A stretch of 50,290 nt of DNA from Catajapyx aquilonaris (Eukaryota). Both the position numbers and the translations under genes were made by a program. The notes beneath the pieces were generated by a model. The model saw only the letters and a list, made by a program, of their open reading frames with translations, was not told where the DNA came from and searched no databases. Where the stretch lies: positions 1-50,290 of the forward strand of contig JYFJ02002821.1 in NCBI GenBank assembly GCA_000934665.2, read 5' to 3'. Shown here piece by piece: positions 49,593-50,290 of the stretch; position 1 is the stretch's first letter; each line of letters begins with the position of its first letter.

Positions 49593-49917
49593 AGGGAAAG
49601 GCGAAGTGGCGCTGCGGTAACGTATGCGCCCATGGTTAGAAGGGTCCCGGGTTCGATACCAAGCCCGGGCATTATCCGCTTTCATCTCGTGCGGAGTTTG
49701 GGGTCGTCTCCGGCTTTGTCTAGGGTGGGATTTCCGATAGACGAACCACCCGGGGGAGCTCACAAAATGACCATATCGCCGACATTGCACTGCATACTGC
49801 ACATCCCCTCCCAGTCACCCTGCCCTCGGACCAGGGCTCTTCATTGTCCAAATCAATGTACATCTTGGCAATAAAGGTCCGTGTCAAAACCCCAGTGGGG
49901 GTACGGCACTATACCCA

Positions 49918-49972
<55 letters not shown>
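49593..49972 (+). mobile_element. tRNA-derived SINE (family S3) with (ATT)n tail
   Basis: A box TGGCGCTGCGG, B box GGTTCGATACC, (ATT)n tail at 49918-49975, 15-bp TSD TTATTTTCCAGGAAC at 49578-49592 and 49973-49987. Confidence 0.88.
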
Positions 49973-49977
<5 letters not shown>

Positions 49978-50192
49978 TTCCAGGAACTATTACCTTCATC
50001 ATAAGAGGAGGGATTCCAATGTCCCCTAGGTCCATTTGTGTCCTTTTGAGATTTGAGTTTTTGTTGTCATAAAGTATATTATGAACTTATATGTCTTTGG
50101 AAAAATCCTCCGATTTCCGTGATTGGACCTCGATACATTTGGTGTATTCTGACCTCAGGAGGAGGTGGGGAGTACCATAAGCTACCAATCAA

Positions 50193-50290
50193 CAGCGCCG
50201 GATTTACCCCCCCAGCCGCCCTTAGGCACTTGAGATACGCCCCCGCCCCCCCTGACGTTTAAAAATTCAAATTTTTTTATTGTGTTCTCT
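50193..50290 (+). mobile_element. Probable hAT MITE left end, truncated by the window edge
   Basis: CAGCGCCGGATTTACCCCCC..GCCGCCCTTAGGCA..GCCCCCGCCCCCC resembles Tip100-type MITE ends. Confidence 0.4.

Overview
Eukaryotic genomic DNA, arthropod-like (inferred from gene families, compact introns and TCAGT initiators; the species cannot be determined). Positions 1.5-28 kb hold a tandem cluster of six membrane-bound UDP-glycosyltransferase (UGT) loci, labelled UGT-1 to UGT-6 here. A GMC oxidoreductase (glucose dehydrogenase-like, + strand) follows, then the 3' half of the kinesin-3 gene KIF16B/Klp98A (- strand; end of FHA, coiled coil, PX domain). Intergenic and intronic DNA contains tRNA-derived SINEs, non-autonomous Helitrons, hAT/piggyBac/Harbinger/Tc1-pogo MITEs, foldback palindromes and microsatellites. 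Main observations: (1) UGT-3 to UGT-6 replace the canonical catalytic His/Asp pair with Glu/Asn and gain a CxHC motif; (2) UGT-4 has two intact alternative first exons sharing one set of downstream exons, reminiscent of vertebrate UGT1A; (3) KIF16B needs two consecutive GC-AG introns to keep its PX domain in frame; (4) two Helitrons lie head-to-head, each carrying a SINE. Exon boundaries were read by eye and no database searches were run.
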